From Sphingomonas bacterium (lineage in GTDB: Bacteria; Pseudomonadota; Alphaproteobacteria; Sphingomonadales; Sphingomonadaceae): a stretch of DNA of 43,232 bases. The stretch lies in the NCBI GenBank assembly GCA_026785645.1, contig JAJAZM010000050.1, positions 1 to 43,232 on the forward strand. The letters are read 5' to 3'. Below, one piece after another: positions 8,185 through 17,792 of the stretch. The translations under genes were made by a program, and so were the position numbers. Below the pieces are notes generated by a model, which worked only from the letters and a program-made list of their open reading frames with translations, did not search any database and was not told where the DNA came from. Each line of letters opens with the position of its first letter. Position 1 is the stretch's first letter.

Positions 8185-9090
8185 GTGGCCAGTCTTGGCA
8201 TGAGCGAGGCCGAGCGCGACGCGATCGCCGGATTCGAACGCGACATAATCACCCCGTCGATGACCGCGCTGGTGATCCTGCAATTTACCGCCACCTGGTG
8301 TGGGCCGTGCAAGCAATTGTCGCCGATCCTCGACAAGGTGGCGGGCGATTATGCCGCCAAGGGCGTGATCCTAAAGCGGATCGACGTCGACCAGGACAAG
8401 ATCATCGCCGACCAGTTCCGCATCCAGTCGGTGCCGACGGTCTATGCGATGTTCCAGGGCCAGCCGGTGGCCGATCTGACCCAGTACCGAACCGAAGCGC
8501 AGCTCGGCAAGGCGATCGACCAGTTGCTCGGCCAATTGCCGGTGACGGGCGAGGCGCAGGATCTGCAGGCCGAAGTCGCGCCGCTGATCACGATGGCCGA
8601 GACGGTGCTGGCCGAGGGCGACGCAACCCGCGCAGCGAGCATCTTCGCCCAGGTCCAGGCGATGGATCCGGGCAATCCCGAAGTAATCGGCGGACTGGTC
8701 CGCGCGGTCATCGCCGAGGGCAAGCCCGACGAAGCACGGATCCTGCTCGACGCGATCGACGCGCAAGCCGGCCAGCATCCGGCGATCGCCCGGGCGCGCG
8801 CCGCGCTCGACCTGGCAAGTGCGCCGGTAGCCGACGTCAGTGCCGAGCAAGCGCGGATCGCGGCCGACCCCGACGATCATGAGGCGCGCTTCGCCATCGC
8901 CAATGCCAAGGTTGCAGCGGGGGATCGCGATGGCGCGGCGGAAGAATTGTTGACCATCATCGGACGCGATCCGGCGTGGAACGAGGGCGCGGCCAAGGCG
9001 CGATTGCTGCAGATGCTCGAGGCCGCAGGTTATGAAGACCAATGGGGCCGCGGCATCCGGCGGCGCTTGTCGGCGTTGCTGTTCACATGA
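8185..9090 (+). CDS. cnoX: Thioredoxin-TPR chaperedoxin (YbbN/CnoX family)
   Basis: WCGPC thioredoxin domain followed by TPR helices and an RRRLSALLF C-terminus. Confidence 0.88.
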   Translation: MASLGMSEAERDAIAGFERDIITPSMTALVILQFTATWCGPCKQLSPILDKVAGDYAAKGVILKRIDVDQDKIIADQFRIQSVPTVYAMFQGQPVADLTQYRTEAQLGKAIDQLLGQLPVTGEAQDLQAEVAPLITMAETVLAEGDATRAASIFAQVQAMDPGNPEVIGGLVRAVIAEGKPDEARILLDAIDAQAGQHPAIARARAALDLASAPVADVSAEQARIAADPDDHEARFAIANAKVAAGDRDGAAEELLTIIGRDPAWNEGAAKARLLQMLEAAGYEDQWGRGIRRRLSALLFT

Positions 9091-9710
9091 GCAAGCCGAC
9101 TCGAATTCCGCTGTTCCCATTGAGCGGGGCGATCCTGTTTCCGCGGTCGCATTTGCCGCTGCATATCTTCGAGGAACGCTATCGAGCGATGGTTCAGGAT
9201 GCGATGGCCGGGCCGGGGCGGATCGCGATGATCCAGCCGACCGAAGGCGAACCACCATCGCTGTACCAGGTCGGCTGCGTCGGCGAATTGGTCGGGGTCG
9301 AAGAGCTGGACGACGGTCGATTCAATATCATGCTGCTCGGGTCGCAGCGCTTCCGACTGATCGCCGAGGCCGATAGCGGCACCCCGTATCGCCAGGCGGA
9401 TATCGATCTCGACGCCTATCACGATGACAACCCCGATCCGCTGTCGAGCATCCAGCGCGCCGATGTCGAGCGCGAGGCGCGGCGGTTCGGCGATTCGCTC
9501 AGCCTGGCGGTCGACTGGGATGCGGTCGGGCGACTGGACGATGAAATGCTGGTCAACGCCATCGCCCAGGTCGCGCCGTTCGATGCCGGCGCCAAGCAGG
9601 CGCTGCTTGAGGAAGTGACGCTGGCCGGGCGCGCCGACCTGGTCGTGCAATTGATGCAGTTCCAGCGGCTGGCACCAGGCGGGGCGGATATGACCCAGAC
9701 GATTCAGTAG
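9087..9710 (+). CDS. LON peptidase substrate-binding (N-terminal) domain protein
   Basis: IPLFPL..ILFP..LPLHIFEERY motif. ATGA overlap with cnoX. Confidence 0.88.
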   Translation: MSKPTRIPLFPLSGAILFPRSHLPLHIFEERYRAMVQDAMAGPGRIAMIQPTEGEPPSLYQVGCVGELVGVEELDDGRFNIMLLGSQRFRLIAEADSGTPYRQADIDLDAYHDDNPDPLSSIQRADVEREARRFGDSLSLAVDWDAVGRLDDEMLVNAIAQVAPFDAGAKQALLEEVTLAGRADLVVQLMQFQRLAPGGADMTQTIQ

Positions 9711-9711
9711 G

Positions 9712-10932
9712 TCAGATCGGCAAACCCTGAAGCAGCAGTGGCAGGTCTCCGGTGGTGCCGCGTGCTTCGGCGGCGAGCCGATCACGAAGCGGCCCGATCT
9801 TGCCGGTGACGGCCAGGCCGAAGCGGCGCACTGCCGACGGGAGTTTGCCGGGGATTCCGAACAAGCGGCTGAGGCCGTCGGTCGCCATCGCCACCATCAT
9901 CGTATCGAGCCCGCGCCAGCGTTCGTAGCGGTCGAGCAGCTGGCGGTCGCCAAGGTCGAGCCCGAGCCGCGCGCCTTCGACCAGCACCTGCGCCAAGGCG
10001 GCGGCGTCGCGGAAGCCGAGGTTAAGGCCCTGGCCGGCGATCGGGTGAATGGCATGGGCGCTGTCGCCGACCAGGGCGAGGCGGGTGTCGGTGATTCGAG
10101 CGGCGTGGTGGAAGCCAAGCGGATAGCTTGAGCGCGGGGTCAGCAAGCGCACATGGCCGAGGAAATTGCCCATTGCGGCCTCGGCTTCGGCAGCGAAATC
10201 TTCATCGCTCAATGACAGGAAGCCGCGGGCGTCGTCGCGAGTCACCGACCACACGATCGCCGAGCGCGGGCTGCCACCCGCATCGGTCATCGGCAGCAGG
10301 GCGAACGGTCCGCCGGGGTAGAAGATTTCCCACGCCACCCCGTCGTGCGGGCGTTCGTGGGCGAGCGTCGAGACGATTGCGGCATGATCATATTGCCAGT
10401 GCGCAACGCGGATTCCAGCGGCTTCGCGCGTGGCGGCATTGCGGCCTTCTGCCGACACCAACAGGGGCGCGGTGAGCGTGTCGCCATTGTCGAGGCGGAC
10501 GGTCACATCATGATCGGCGCGGTCGACCGATAAAGCATTGGTCTTGTAGTGCAGCGTGATCAGTTTTGCGGCTTCGGCACGGGCCAGCAGCGCTTGGCGG
10601 AGGTGGCGATTCTCGTGCATCCAGCCAAGTGGCTCGTCATCGCCCTGTGGCGGCTCGAACGCCAGTCCGCCGGGCGCCAGGCCGTCAGCGACCCGGATCG
10701 AGCGGATCGGGCAGCCGGGCTCGATCAGGAATGGCGCAAGGCCGATCGCGTCGAACATCCGGCGCGACGAGGAGGAAACCGCGCTGGTGCGGCCATCGAA
10801 CGACGATGCCTTCCAGCTATCGGGATCGACTGGGTCGACGATGGCGGCGGAAAGCCCGCTCGAATCGAGCGCGGCGGCAAGCGCGAGCCCGACCAGGCCC
10901 CCGCCAAGGATGATCACGTCGGTTCGGCTCAT
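9712..10932 (-). CDS. UbiH/UbiF/VisC/COQ6-family FAD-dependent ubiquinone hydroxylase
   Basis: GGGLVG FAD motif, DGRTSA and GDSAHAIHPIAGQGLNLGFRD. Confidence 0.9.
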   Translation of the reverse strand: MSRTDVIILGGGLVGLALAAALDSSGLSAAIVDPVDPDSWKASSFDGRTSAVSSSSRRMFDAIGLAPFLIEPGCPIRSIRVADGLAPGGLAFEPPQGDDEPLGWMHENRHLRQALLARAEAAKLITLHYKTNALSVDRADHDVTVRLDNGDTLTAPLLVSAEGRNAATREAAGIRVAHWQYDHAAIVSTLAHERPHDGVAWEIFYPGGPFALLPMTDAGGSPRSAIVWSVTRDDARGFLSLSDEDFAAEAEAAMGNFLGHVRLLTPRSSYPLGFHHAARITDTRLALVGDSAHAIHPIAGQGLNLGFRDAAALAQVLVEGARLGLDLGDRQLLDRYERWRGLDTMMVAMATDGLSRLFGIPGKLPSAVRRFGLAVTGKIGPLRDRLAAEARGTTGDLPLLLQGLPI

Positions 10933-10985
10933 TGGCCTGTTCTAGCGGCAAGCGAATATGAATGCGAGTAGTGGGCGTGTTGCCC

Positions 10986-11012
10986 GATTGCTTCGCTGCG
11001 CTGGCAATGACG
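10986..11012. repeat. Solitary half of an alphaproteobacterial intergenic REP-like element
   Basis: GATTGCTTCGCTGCGCTGGCAATGACG resembles the GATTGCTTCG..CGCTCGCAATGAC arm of a common alphaproteobacterial repeat (recalled, not searched). Only one copy is in this window. Confidence 0.55.
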
Positions 11013-11092
11013 AAGCCCCAACTTGACCGCGGAGTCCGGCGAAGCGCATTGTGCGGCCGGGATTTTTGCGATTTTGGCCCGGGGGATTGACT

Positions 11093-13426
11093 ATGGCGAC
11101 CGCCGCCGAGCGGGCCCGCAAGCGCGACTTGGGGCCCGACTGGAGAGAAAAGCTCCGCACCTCGCTGCGCGTGCTTGCGATGCGCACGATCGGTGCGCTG
11201 CTGGTCAGCGCGAGTATTGCGCTGGCGCTGGCCTTGGCCACGCACGATAGTGTCGACCCCAGCTTCAACACTGCGGCGGGCGGGCCGCCGGTCAATTGGC
11301 TGGGCAGCGTCGGAGCCTATTCGAGCGATTTGCTGCTGATGCTGTTCGGGCTGGCGGCGGTGTTGCTGCTGCCGGTGCTGGCGCTGGCCGGGTTGCGACT
11401 GATGCGCGCCGAACCCGCCGGGCGGCTAGGGCGCTCGTTGCTGATGGTGATCCTCGGCATGCTGCTGGTCGGGGTCGCGCTCGGGCTGCTTCGCGGGTCG
11501 GCGGTGTCGGGACTGCCCGCTGGCTGGGGCGGCGCGATCGGGCTGGCCGGGGCGCGCGGGGTGGATAATGGCATTGCGCTGATCGGCAATCCGGCGATCG
11601 AAGGGCCGCTGCATCTGACCATCCTCGCCTTGCTCGCGCTCGGCGGGTTGGCGCTCACCTGGATCGCATTGGGGCTTCGCGACGACGAGCGCGGCTGGGT
11701 CGGCGGACTGTTCGCGCGGGGTGCCGATCGCCCGTTGAAACCGATGCGGCGGACGGTCGAGGAACGCGAGGTGCGCGATTCGCCGGCGCTTCCGCCCCGA
11801 TCGCGTCCGACGGTGGCGGTGACCGAGCCGTCGCGCGCGATCCCCGCCGCGGCCAAGCCGGGGCTGCGCAAGGGCAAGAGCGGAGCGGGCCAGGCGAGCC
11901 TCGCGCTGGGCGACAATTATGCATTGCCGTCGGTCGACCTGCTCAGCCCGCCGCCGGCATCGGGCAAGAATGTCATCGACCGCGCGGGGCTTGAGCGCAA
12001 CGCGCGCTTGCTCGAAAGCGTGCTCGAGGATTTCCACGTCCGCGGCGATATCGTCGAGGTTCGCCCGGGGCCGGTGGTCACGATGTACGAACTGGAGCCT
12101 GCGTCGGGCATCAAGGCGAGCCGGGTGATCCAGCTGGCCGACGACATCGCGCGTAACATGTCGGCGCTGTCGGCGCGGGTCGCGACCATCCCGGGGCGGA
12201 GCGTGATCGGGATCGAACTGCCCAACCCCAAGCGCGAATCGGTGGTCCTGTCCGAGCTGGTCGGGAGCCAGGCATTCGAAGACCAGGCGATGTCGCTACC
12301 GCTGATCCTGGGCAAGAATATCGCTGGCGACGCGGTCATCGCCGACCTCGCCCCGATGCCGCACCTGCTCGTTGCCGGGACCACCGGATCGGGCAAGTCG
12401 GTCGGCTTGAACTGCATGATCCTGTCCTTGCTGTATCGCATGGGCCCCGACGAATGCCGGATGATCCTGATCGATCCCAAAATGCTCGAGCTGTCGGTGT
12501 ATGAGGATATCCCGCACCTGCTTGCGCCGGTGGTAACCGAGCCGGGCAAGGCGATCCGCGCGCTCAAATGGACCGTCGAGCAGATGGAGGAACGCTATCG
12601 GATGATGGCCAGCCTCGGCGTTCGCCAATTGTCGAGCTTCAACCAGAAGGTGCGCGACGCCAAGGCCAAGGGCGCGCAACTGGGGCGCCGGGTCCAGACC
12701 GGATATAATGCCGACAGCGGCCAGCCGATCTACGAGACCGAAGAGCTTGAATATGAGGTGCTGCCGCAGATCGTGGTAGTGGTCGACGAGCTGGCCGATC
12801 TGATGATGACCGCGGGCAAGGAGGTCGAATTCCTCATCCAGCGGCTGGCGCAGAAAGCGCGCGCGGCGGGGATCCACCTGATCATGGCCACCCAGCGCCC
12901 CTCGGTCGACGTCATCACCGGAGTGATCAAGGCCAATCTGCCGACCCGGATCAGCTTCCAGGTGACAAGCAAGATCGACAGCCGGACGATACTCGGCGAG
13001 CAGGGCGCCGAGCAACTGCTGGGCAAGGGCGACATGCTGTACATGCCCGGCGGAAAACAGATCTTGCGTATCCACGGGCCGTTCGTCAGCGACGACGAGG
13101 TGCGGCTGGTGGCCGAGCATTGGCGCCGCCAGGGCGTCCCCGATTATATCCAGGCGGTGACCGAGGAGCCCGAGGATGGCGGCTATATCTTCGACGGCCA
13201 GCCGGTCGGCGAGGAAGATGCCGAGACCCAGCTGTATCGCAAGGCAGTGCAGACCGTGGCCGAGAGCCAGAAGGCTTCGACCAGCTACATTCAGCGGCAG
13301 CTGCGCATCGGCTACAACAGCGCGGCGCGGCTGATCGAGCGGATGGAGAAAGACGGGCTGGTCGGCGCCCCCGACCACGTCGGTCGCCGCGAAGTGCTGA
13401 TCGACACCGAGGGACATCCGATCTGA
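11093..13426 (+). CDS. ftsK: DNA translocase FtsK
   Basis: 4TM N-terminus, MPHLLVAGTTGSGKS, DELADLM, ATQRPSVDV and a gamma domain (IGYNSAARLIE). Confidence 0.97.
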   Translation: MATAAERARKRDLGPDWREKLRTSLRVLAMRTIGALLVSASIALALALATHDSVDPSFNTAAGGPPVNWLGSVGAYSSDLLLMLFGLAAVLLLPVLALAGLRLMRAEPAGRLGRSLLMVILGMLLVGVALGLLRGSAVSGLPAGWGGAIGLAGARGVDNGIALIGNPAIEGPLHLTILALLALGGLALTWIALGLRDDERGWVGGLFARGADRPLKPMRRTVEEREVRDSPALPPRSRPTVAVTEPSRAIPAAAKPGLRKGKSGAGQASLALGDNYALPSVDLLSPPPASGKNVIDRAGLERNARLLESVLEDFHVRGDIVEVRPGPVVTMYELEPASGIKASRVIQLADDIARNMSALSARVATIPGRSVIGIELPNPKRESVVLSELVGSQAFEDQAMSLPLILGKNIAGDAVIADLAPMPHLLVAGTTGSGKSVGLNCMILSLLYRMGPDECRMILIDPKMLELSVYEDIPHLLAPVVTEPGKAIRALKWTVEQMEERYRMMASLGVRQLSSFNQKVRDAKAKGAQLGRRVQTGYNADSGQPIYETEELEYEVLPQIVVVVDELADLMMTAGKEVEFLIQRLAQKARAAGIHLIMATQRPSVDVITGVIKANLPTRISFQVTSKIDSRTILGEQGAEQLLGKGDMLYMPGGKQILRIHGPFVSDDEVRLVAEHWRRQGVPDYIQAVTEEPEDGGYIFDGQPVGEEDAETQLYRKAVQTVAESQKASTSYIQRQLRIGYNSAARLIERMEKDGLVGAPDHVGRREVLIDTEGHPI

Positions 13427-13509
13427 GCGGGATTCGCCGCGACGGAACTTGAGGGGTTCAGGGGGCATTCAAGGCGTGAACCCCAGTCAGGCGACAAATT
13501 ACAGGAGAT

Positions 13510-14136
13510 ATGATGATGTTCCCCACTCAGCTTGCGCGTGCGCTGGCGCCGATCGCCGCAGTGGCATTGCTTGCTGCGCCGGCGGTGGCCGCGACCAATC
13601 CTGAACTTGCCAGGGTCGAGAGCCACCTTGCCGCGTCTCAATCGATGACCGCCAACTTCGTCCAGACCGATTCGCGCAATCGCGCCCTTCGCGGAACAGT
13701 GCAGATCAAGCGGCCGGGCAAGATTCGCTTCGAATATGGTCGCGGTGCCAACATGCTGCTGGTCGGCAACGGCAAGACCCTGACCTTCGTCGATTATGAG
13801 GTCGGCCAGAAATCGTCATGGCCGGTCGCCAAGTCGCCGTTGTCGGTGCTGCTGGCCAGCAATCCCGACCTGCAGCGGATCGCGCGGGTCGTCCCGAGCA
13901 AGGATCCGCGCGTGCTGCTGGTCCGCGCCCGCGATGCCCGCCGGCCCGAATTTGGCACCATCCTGCTCGGCTTCGTCCGCAACCCGGCGGCGCCGGGCGG
14001 GCTGCTGCTCGAGGGCTGGACCGCGATCGACGCGCAGAACAAGCGCACGACGGTCAAGCTCGATGGCCAGCGTTACAATGTCGCGGTCGCCGAAAATGCC
14101 TTTACCTATGCCGAGCCGACCAAGCGCGGTCGTTGA
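13510..14136 (+). CDS. lolA: Outer membrane lipoprotein carrier protein LolA
   Basis: Signal peptide, ANFVQ and KRPGKIRFEY motifs. Follows ftsK. AGGAG RBS. Confidence 0.88.
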   Translation: MMMFPTQLARALAPIAAVALLAAPAVAATNPELARVESHLAASQSMTANFVQTDSRNRALRGTVQIKRPGKIRFEYGRGANMLLVGNGKTLTFVDYEVGQKSSWPVAKSPLSVLLASNPDLQRIARVVPSKDPRVLLVRARDARRPEFGTILLGFVRNPAAPGGLLLEGWTAIDAQNKRTTVKLDGQRYNVAVAENAFTYAEPTKRGR

Positions 14137-14220
14137 ACCGGCGCAACGAGTAGCAAAGAAAAACCGTTCATCGCGCGGTCAGCCGCGAGCATGTACCCGG
14201 AAAATTGATCGTTGCATCAA

Positions 14221-14321
14221 GACTTGGGGTTTCCCCCTGTTACCCAAGGTCGCAGCGATCACCTTGCGTGACGAACGCCAGGTTGGCCCTCGCTCCAATG
14301 CCCCCGGAGCGGGGGCCTTTT
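14221..14321 (+). ncRNA. Candidate small RNA (three hairpins, C-rich loop, intrinsic terminator)
   Basis: Hairpin 14221-14251 with a TTTCCCCCT loop, hairpin 14251-14268, and terminator GGCCCTCGCTCC/GGAGCGGGGGCC-TTTT at 14285-14321. Confidence 0.55.
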
Positions 14322-14373
14322 ACCGAGCGCTCCCCCTTCCCGCTGGCGGTCGCAGCGCGCTAAGGCACTATCC

Positions 14374-15165
14374 GTGACCCGCATCAAGATTGCCAGCTGG
14401 AATATCAACTCGGTCCGCGCGCGACTGCCGATCGTCGAGCGATTCCTGATCAGCGAAGCGCCCGACGTCTTGTGCCTGCAGGAGACCAAGGCGCAAGACT
14501 TCGTCTTCCCCGCCGAAATGTTTCGCAAGCTGGGCTACGTCCACCACAAGCTCAACGGCCAGAAGATGCACCACGGCGTGGCAATCGTCTCCAAGCTGCC
14601 GCTCCACGACGAGGGCCGCCACGACTGGCAGGATAATGGCGAAGCGCGGCACATCGGCGCTCGGCTCGATTGCGGGCTCCGACTGGAGAATGTTTACATT
14701 CCGGCGGGCGGCGATGTCCCCGACCGCGACCTCAACCCCAAGTTCGGCCAAAAACTCGACTTCATCGAACGGATGACGCGCTGGTCGGAGAAACTTGCCG
14801 AGCCGACGCTGATCGTCGGCGACTTCAACGTCGCGCCGCTCGAGTGCGACGTATGGAGCCACAAGGCACTGGTCGATGTGGTCAGCCATACCCCGATCGA
14901 GATCGAGGCGCTGGACAAATTGCAACAGGCGCATGGCTGGGTCGACCTCGGCCGCCGCTTTGTCCCGGCGCCCGAGCGTTGTTTCACCTGGTGGAGCTAT
15001 CGATCTCCCGATTTCACCGTCAACGACCGCGGCCGGCGGCTCGACCATATGTGGGCCAGCCCGAGCCTTGCTGGCCAGGCGGTGGCGCATGTCGTGCATG
15101 AACCGGTGCGATCGTGGGAGCGGCCGTCGGACCATGTCCCGCTGGTGGTGGAGCTCGACTGTTGA
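14374..15165 (+). CDS. xth: Exodeoxyribonuclease III
   Basis: SWNINS, LCLQETK, GDFNVA, FTWWSY, RRLDH and SDHVP motifs. Confidence 0.95.
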   Translation: MTRIKIASWNINSVRARLPIVERFLISEAPDVLCLQETKAQDFVFPAEMFRKLGYVHHKLNGQKMHHGVAIVSKLPLHDEGRHDWQDNGEARHIGARLDCGLRLENVYIPAGGDVPDRDLNPKFGQKLDFIERMTRWSEKLAEPTLIVGDFNVAPLECDVWSHKALVDVVSHTPIEIEALDKLQQAHGWVDLGRRFVPAPERCFTWWSYRSPDFTVNDRGRRLDHMWASPSLAGQAVAHVVHEPVRSWERPSDHVPLVVELDC

Positions 15166-16199
15166 GTCCGGCCCCACTCGAACGCGCCATCGCCGCGCTG
15201 CGCGGCGGGCGCGCGGTGCGGGTGGGCAAGCTGACGATATTGTCGGTCGAAACCGCGAGCGACGCGATGTTGGGTCTAGCCGACCCCGAGGGCCAAGCCG
15301 CCGTGCTTATCAGCGGTCAGCGCGCCACGGCATTGGGCCTGGGCAACCAGAGCGAGGCGGCGGGGAGCGCGCCAGTACGGATCGCGCGCAGCGCGTGGCT
15401 CGACCGCAACCTGGTTCGCGCGATCGCCGACCCGGGGCGCGATGTGGATCGCTTCGTCCCGGGGCCACTGGCAGTCGAAGTGGTCGACGATCCAATTGTC
15501 GCCAGGGCCGCGCTCCGGCTGGCACGGCTGGCGGGGCTGCTTCCGGCTCTGTGGTTGATCGACGGCGAGTCGGTTTCGGTCAGCGAAGTCATGCCAGACG
15601 ACATTTTGCGGCCGGCGGTGGCCGAGATTGCAGCGCGCGCTCGCTTACCGGTCGAGGGAATCGGCGAGGCACAGATCGTCGCCTTCCGCGAACCCGCCAG
15701 CGGATTCGAGCATGTCGCGCTGCTGATCGGGGCACCGGGGGGTGAGGCGCCGTTGGTTCGGCTGCACAGCGAATGTTTGACCGGGGACGTGTTCGGCAGC
15801 CTGAAATGCGATTGCGGGCCGCAATTGAGGGAAGCGCTTCGGCTGATCGGAGAAACCGGTGGCGGAATCCTGCTCTATCTTCGCCAAGAAGGGCGCGGGA
15901 TCGGCCTGGCCAACAAGATCAGGGCCTATGCGCTGCAGGATCGCGGGCTCGACACGGTCGATGCCAATCGCCGCTTGGGCTTCGCCGACGACGAACGCGA
16001 TTATGCCACCGCCGCGGCGATGCTTCGTGCGCTTGGCACCGACAAGGTGCGGCTCTTGACCAACAATCCGGGGAAAGTCGCGGGTCTGGAGGCGGAGGGA
16101 ATTGCGGTGGTCGAGCGGGTCGCGCATCATCTGCCGGTCAACCCGCACAATGCCGATTATATCGACACCAAGCGGGCCAGGAGCGGGCACCTGGATTAA
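15162..16199 (+). CDS. ribA: GTP cyclohydrolase II with a degenerate N-terminal domain
   Basis: RLHSECLTGD, KCDCG, RQEGRGIGL and LLTNNP motifs. TTG start in a TTGA overlap with xth (inferred). Confidence 0.9.
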   Translation: MSPAPLERAIAALRGGRAVRVGKLTILSVETASDAMLGLADPEGQAAVLISGQRATALGLGNQSEAAGSAPVRIARSAWLDRNLVRAIADPGRDVDRFVPGPLAVEVVDDPIVARAALRLARLAGLLPALWLIDGESVSVSEVMPDDILRPAVAEIAARARLPVEGIGEAQIVAFREPASGFEHVALLIGAPGGEAPLVRLHSECLTGDVFGSLKCDCGPQLREALRLIGETGGGILLYLRQEGRGIGLANKIRAYALQDRGLDTVDANRRLGFADDERDYATAAAMLRALGTDKVRLLTNNPGKVAGLEAEGIAVVERVAHHLPVNPHNADYIDTKRARSGHLD

Positions 16200-16852
16200 G
16201 CAAACAACGCCGATCCGACACGGACGTGGGTCGCGCCAAGCGTGATTGCGACCTCAAAATCGGCGCTCATTCCCATCGACAGGCCGGCGACGTCATGCCG
16301 CCGTGCCAATTCACTCAACAAAGCAAAGAACGGTGCCGGTTCAAGCCCGGCCGGGGGGATGCACATCAGCCCGGCGAGCGGCAGCGGCGAGGTGCGGACC
16401 TGACCCAGGAAATCGCCGAGATCGGCGAGCGCGATTCCGCCCTTCTGCTCCTCCTCACCGACATTGACCTGGACGAAGCAGTCGGGGAAGCGCCCCGCCT
16501 TGGTCCCGGCGTTCACCAGCGCATCGAGCAATGAGCGGCGGTCGAGCGAGTGGATCGTGTCAAACAACGCGACCGCGTCAGCCGCCTTGTTGGATTGCAG
16601 TCGTCCGATCAGATGCAGGTGGATGTCGGGATGCGATTCGCGCAGCGCAGGCCATTTGGCGGCGGCTTCCTGTACCCGGCTTTCACCGAAGTCGCTTTGG
16701 CCAGCGGCGATCAGTGGGGCGATGTCGTCGACGCTGTGGGTCTTGGTCACCGCAATCAGCGCAATGTCCGAAGCCGAGCGGCGCGCAAGCTTCGCAGACG
16801 CGGCGATCCGATCTTTAACCTCGGCCAGCTCAGGAGCGATTGCAGTGCTCAG
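16196..16852 (-). CDS. yggS: PLP homeostasis protein YggS
   Basis: LIAVTK, FGESRVQE, HLIGRLQSNK, LSMGMSADF and VRVGSALF motifs. The frame extends upstream of the GTG at 16750 to a CTG at 16852. Confidence 0.9.
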   Translation of the reverse strand: MSTAIAPELAEVKDRIAASAKLARRSASDIALIAVTKTHSVDDIAPLIAAGQSDFGESRVQEAAAKWPALRESHPDIHLHLIGRLQSNKAADAVALFDTIHSLDRRSLLDALVNAGTKAGRFPDCFVQVNVGEEEQKGGIALADLGDFLGQVRTSPLPLAGLMCIPPAGLEPAPFFALLSELARRHDVAGLSMGMSADFEVAITLGATHVRVGSALFA

Positions 16853-17559
16853 AATTTGAAAGCGGTGCCGACGTAGACCGCCTGGCTATCGCGACGGTCA
16901 TCATCGAGCGCGGTCTGGCGTTCGCGATCGACCTTGTAGCGGACGCCGCCGGTCAGCGCGATGCGGCGGGTCAGCGCGACCGCGCCGCCAACATCGAGCG
17001 CATAGGCTTTTTCGATCCCAAGCGCCGGAGCCTGGGTGCCATCGCTACGTTCGGCGACTGCGGCAACTCGGCCGGTGATACGCTTGTTGAGCGTATAATT
17101 GACTCCGAGCACCGCGGTCTCGCGGCCACCGAGCGCGAGACTGGCCGAACGCGTCCGGGCAACATCGCCGGTCAGCGCAAACCGGCGCCACCCGACCGAC
17201 ACGCCAAGATTATAGCTGGCGGGGGTCAACGCACCGACCGTCGCTGTGCTGATATCGCTCGGGCGAGCACTGGCTTCGGCACGCGCACGGATCGCGACCC
17301 GGACCTGCGACGGGCGGCCCTTGGGCGCGGCGGGCGTGAATTTGAAATCGGTCAACGTATTGCCGCGATTGGCAAACGCCGCGGCAAGCCGGGGATCGGC
17401 GGCCGCCGGCGTGAAGCTTCCGACGCGGTCGAACGACAAGGAGATCGCCGGCGGACGCTTCGAGTCGGGCTTGGCGGTGGCCACCGCAGGCAGGACGAGC
17501 AGAGCCGCGGCGCCAATGGCACCGGCCCACATTCCGATCGTCTTAACCCTGTGACTCAC
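16849..17559 (-). CDS. Putative outer-membrane beta-barrel protein
   Basis: Signal peptide, alternating beta-strand pattern and terminal YVGTAFKF beta-signal. GTG at 17559 has AAGGAG upstream. Confidence 0.7.
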   Translation of the reverse strand: MSHRVKTIGMWAGAIGAAALLVLPAVATAKPDSKRPPAISLSFDRVGSFTPAAADPRLAAAFANRGNTLTDFKFTPAAPKGRPSQVRVAIRARAEASARPSDISTATVGALTPASYNLGVSVGWRRFALTGDVARTRSASLALGGRETAVLGVNYTLNKRITGRVAAVAERSDGTQAPALGIEKAYALDVGGAVALTRRIALTGGVRYKVDRERQTALDDDRRDSQAVYVGTAFKF

Positions 17560-17792
17560 TGAAAACGACTCCTTGCCAATGGCATATAGCTCTTTGGCAG
17601 TGATAGTTCCAAGGGGTTGATCACTTCGTCCCACGGCTGTTGCGCTAAGTCCACAATGCTGTCCCGTTGATGAACGTTTCCGTCCGGGTTGGCAGCTGGA
17701 TTTCCTGGTGCTTGCGGCGACGGGTAATGGCGCTTGCAGCGGGCCGGTCAGCATCTATAACGCGGGGCACACCACCCTAATTAGGAAGCGCC

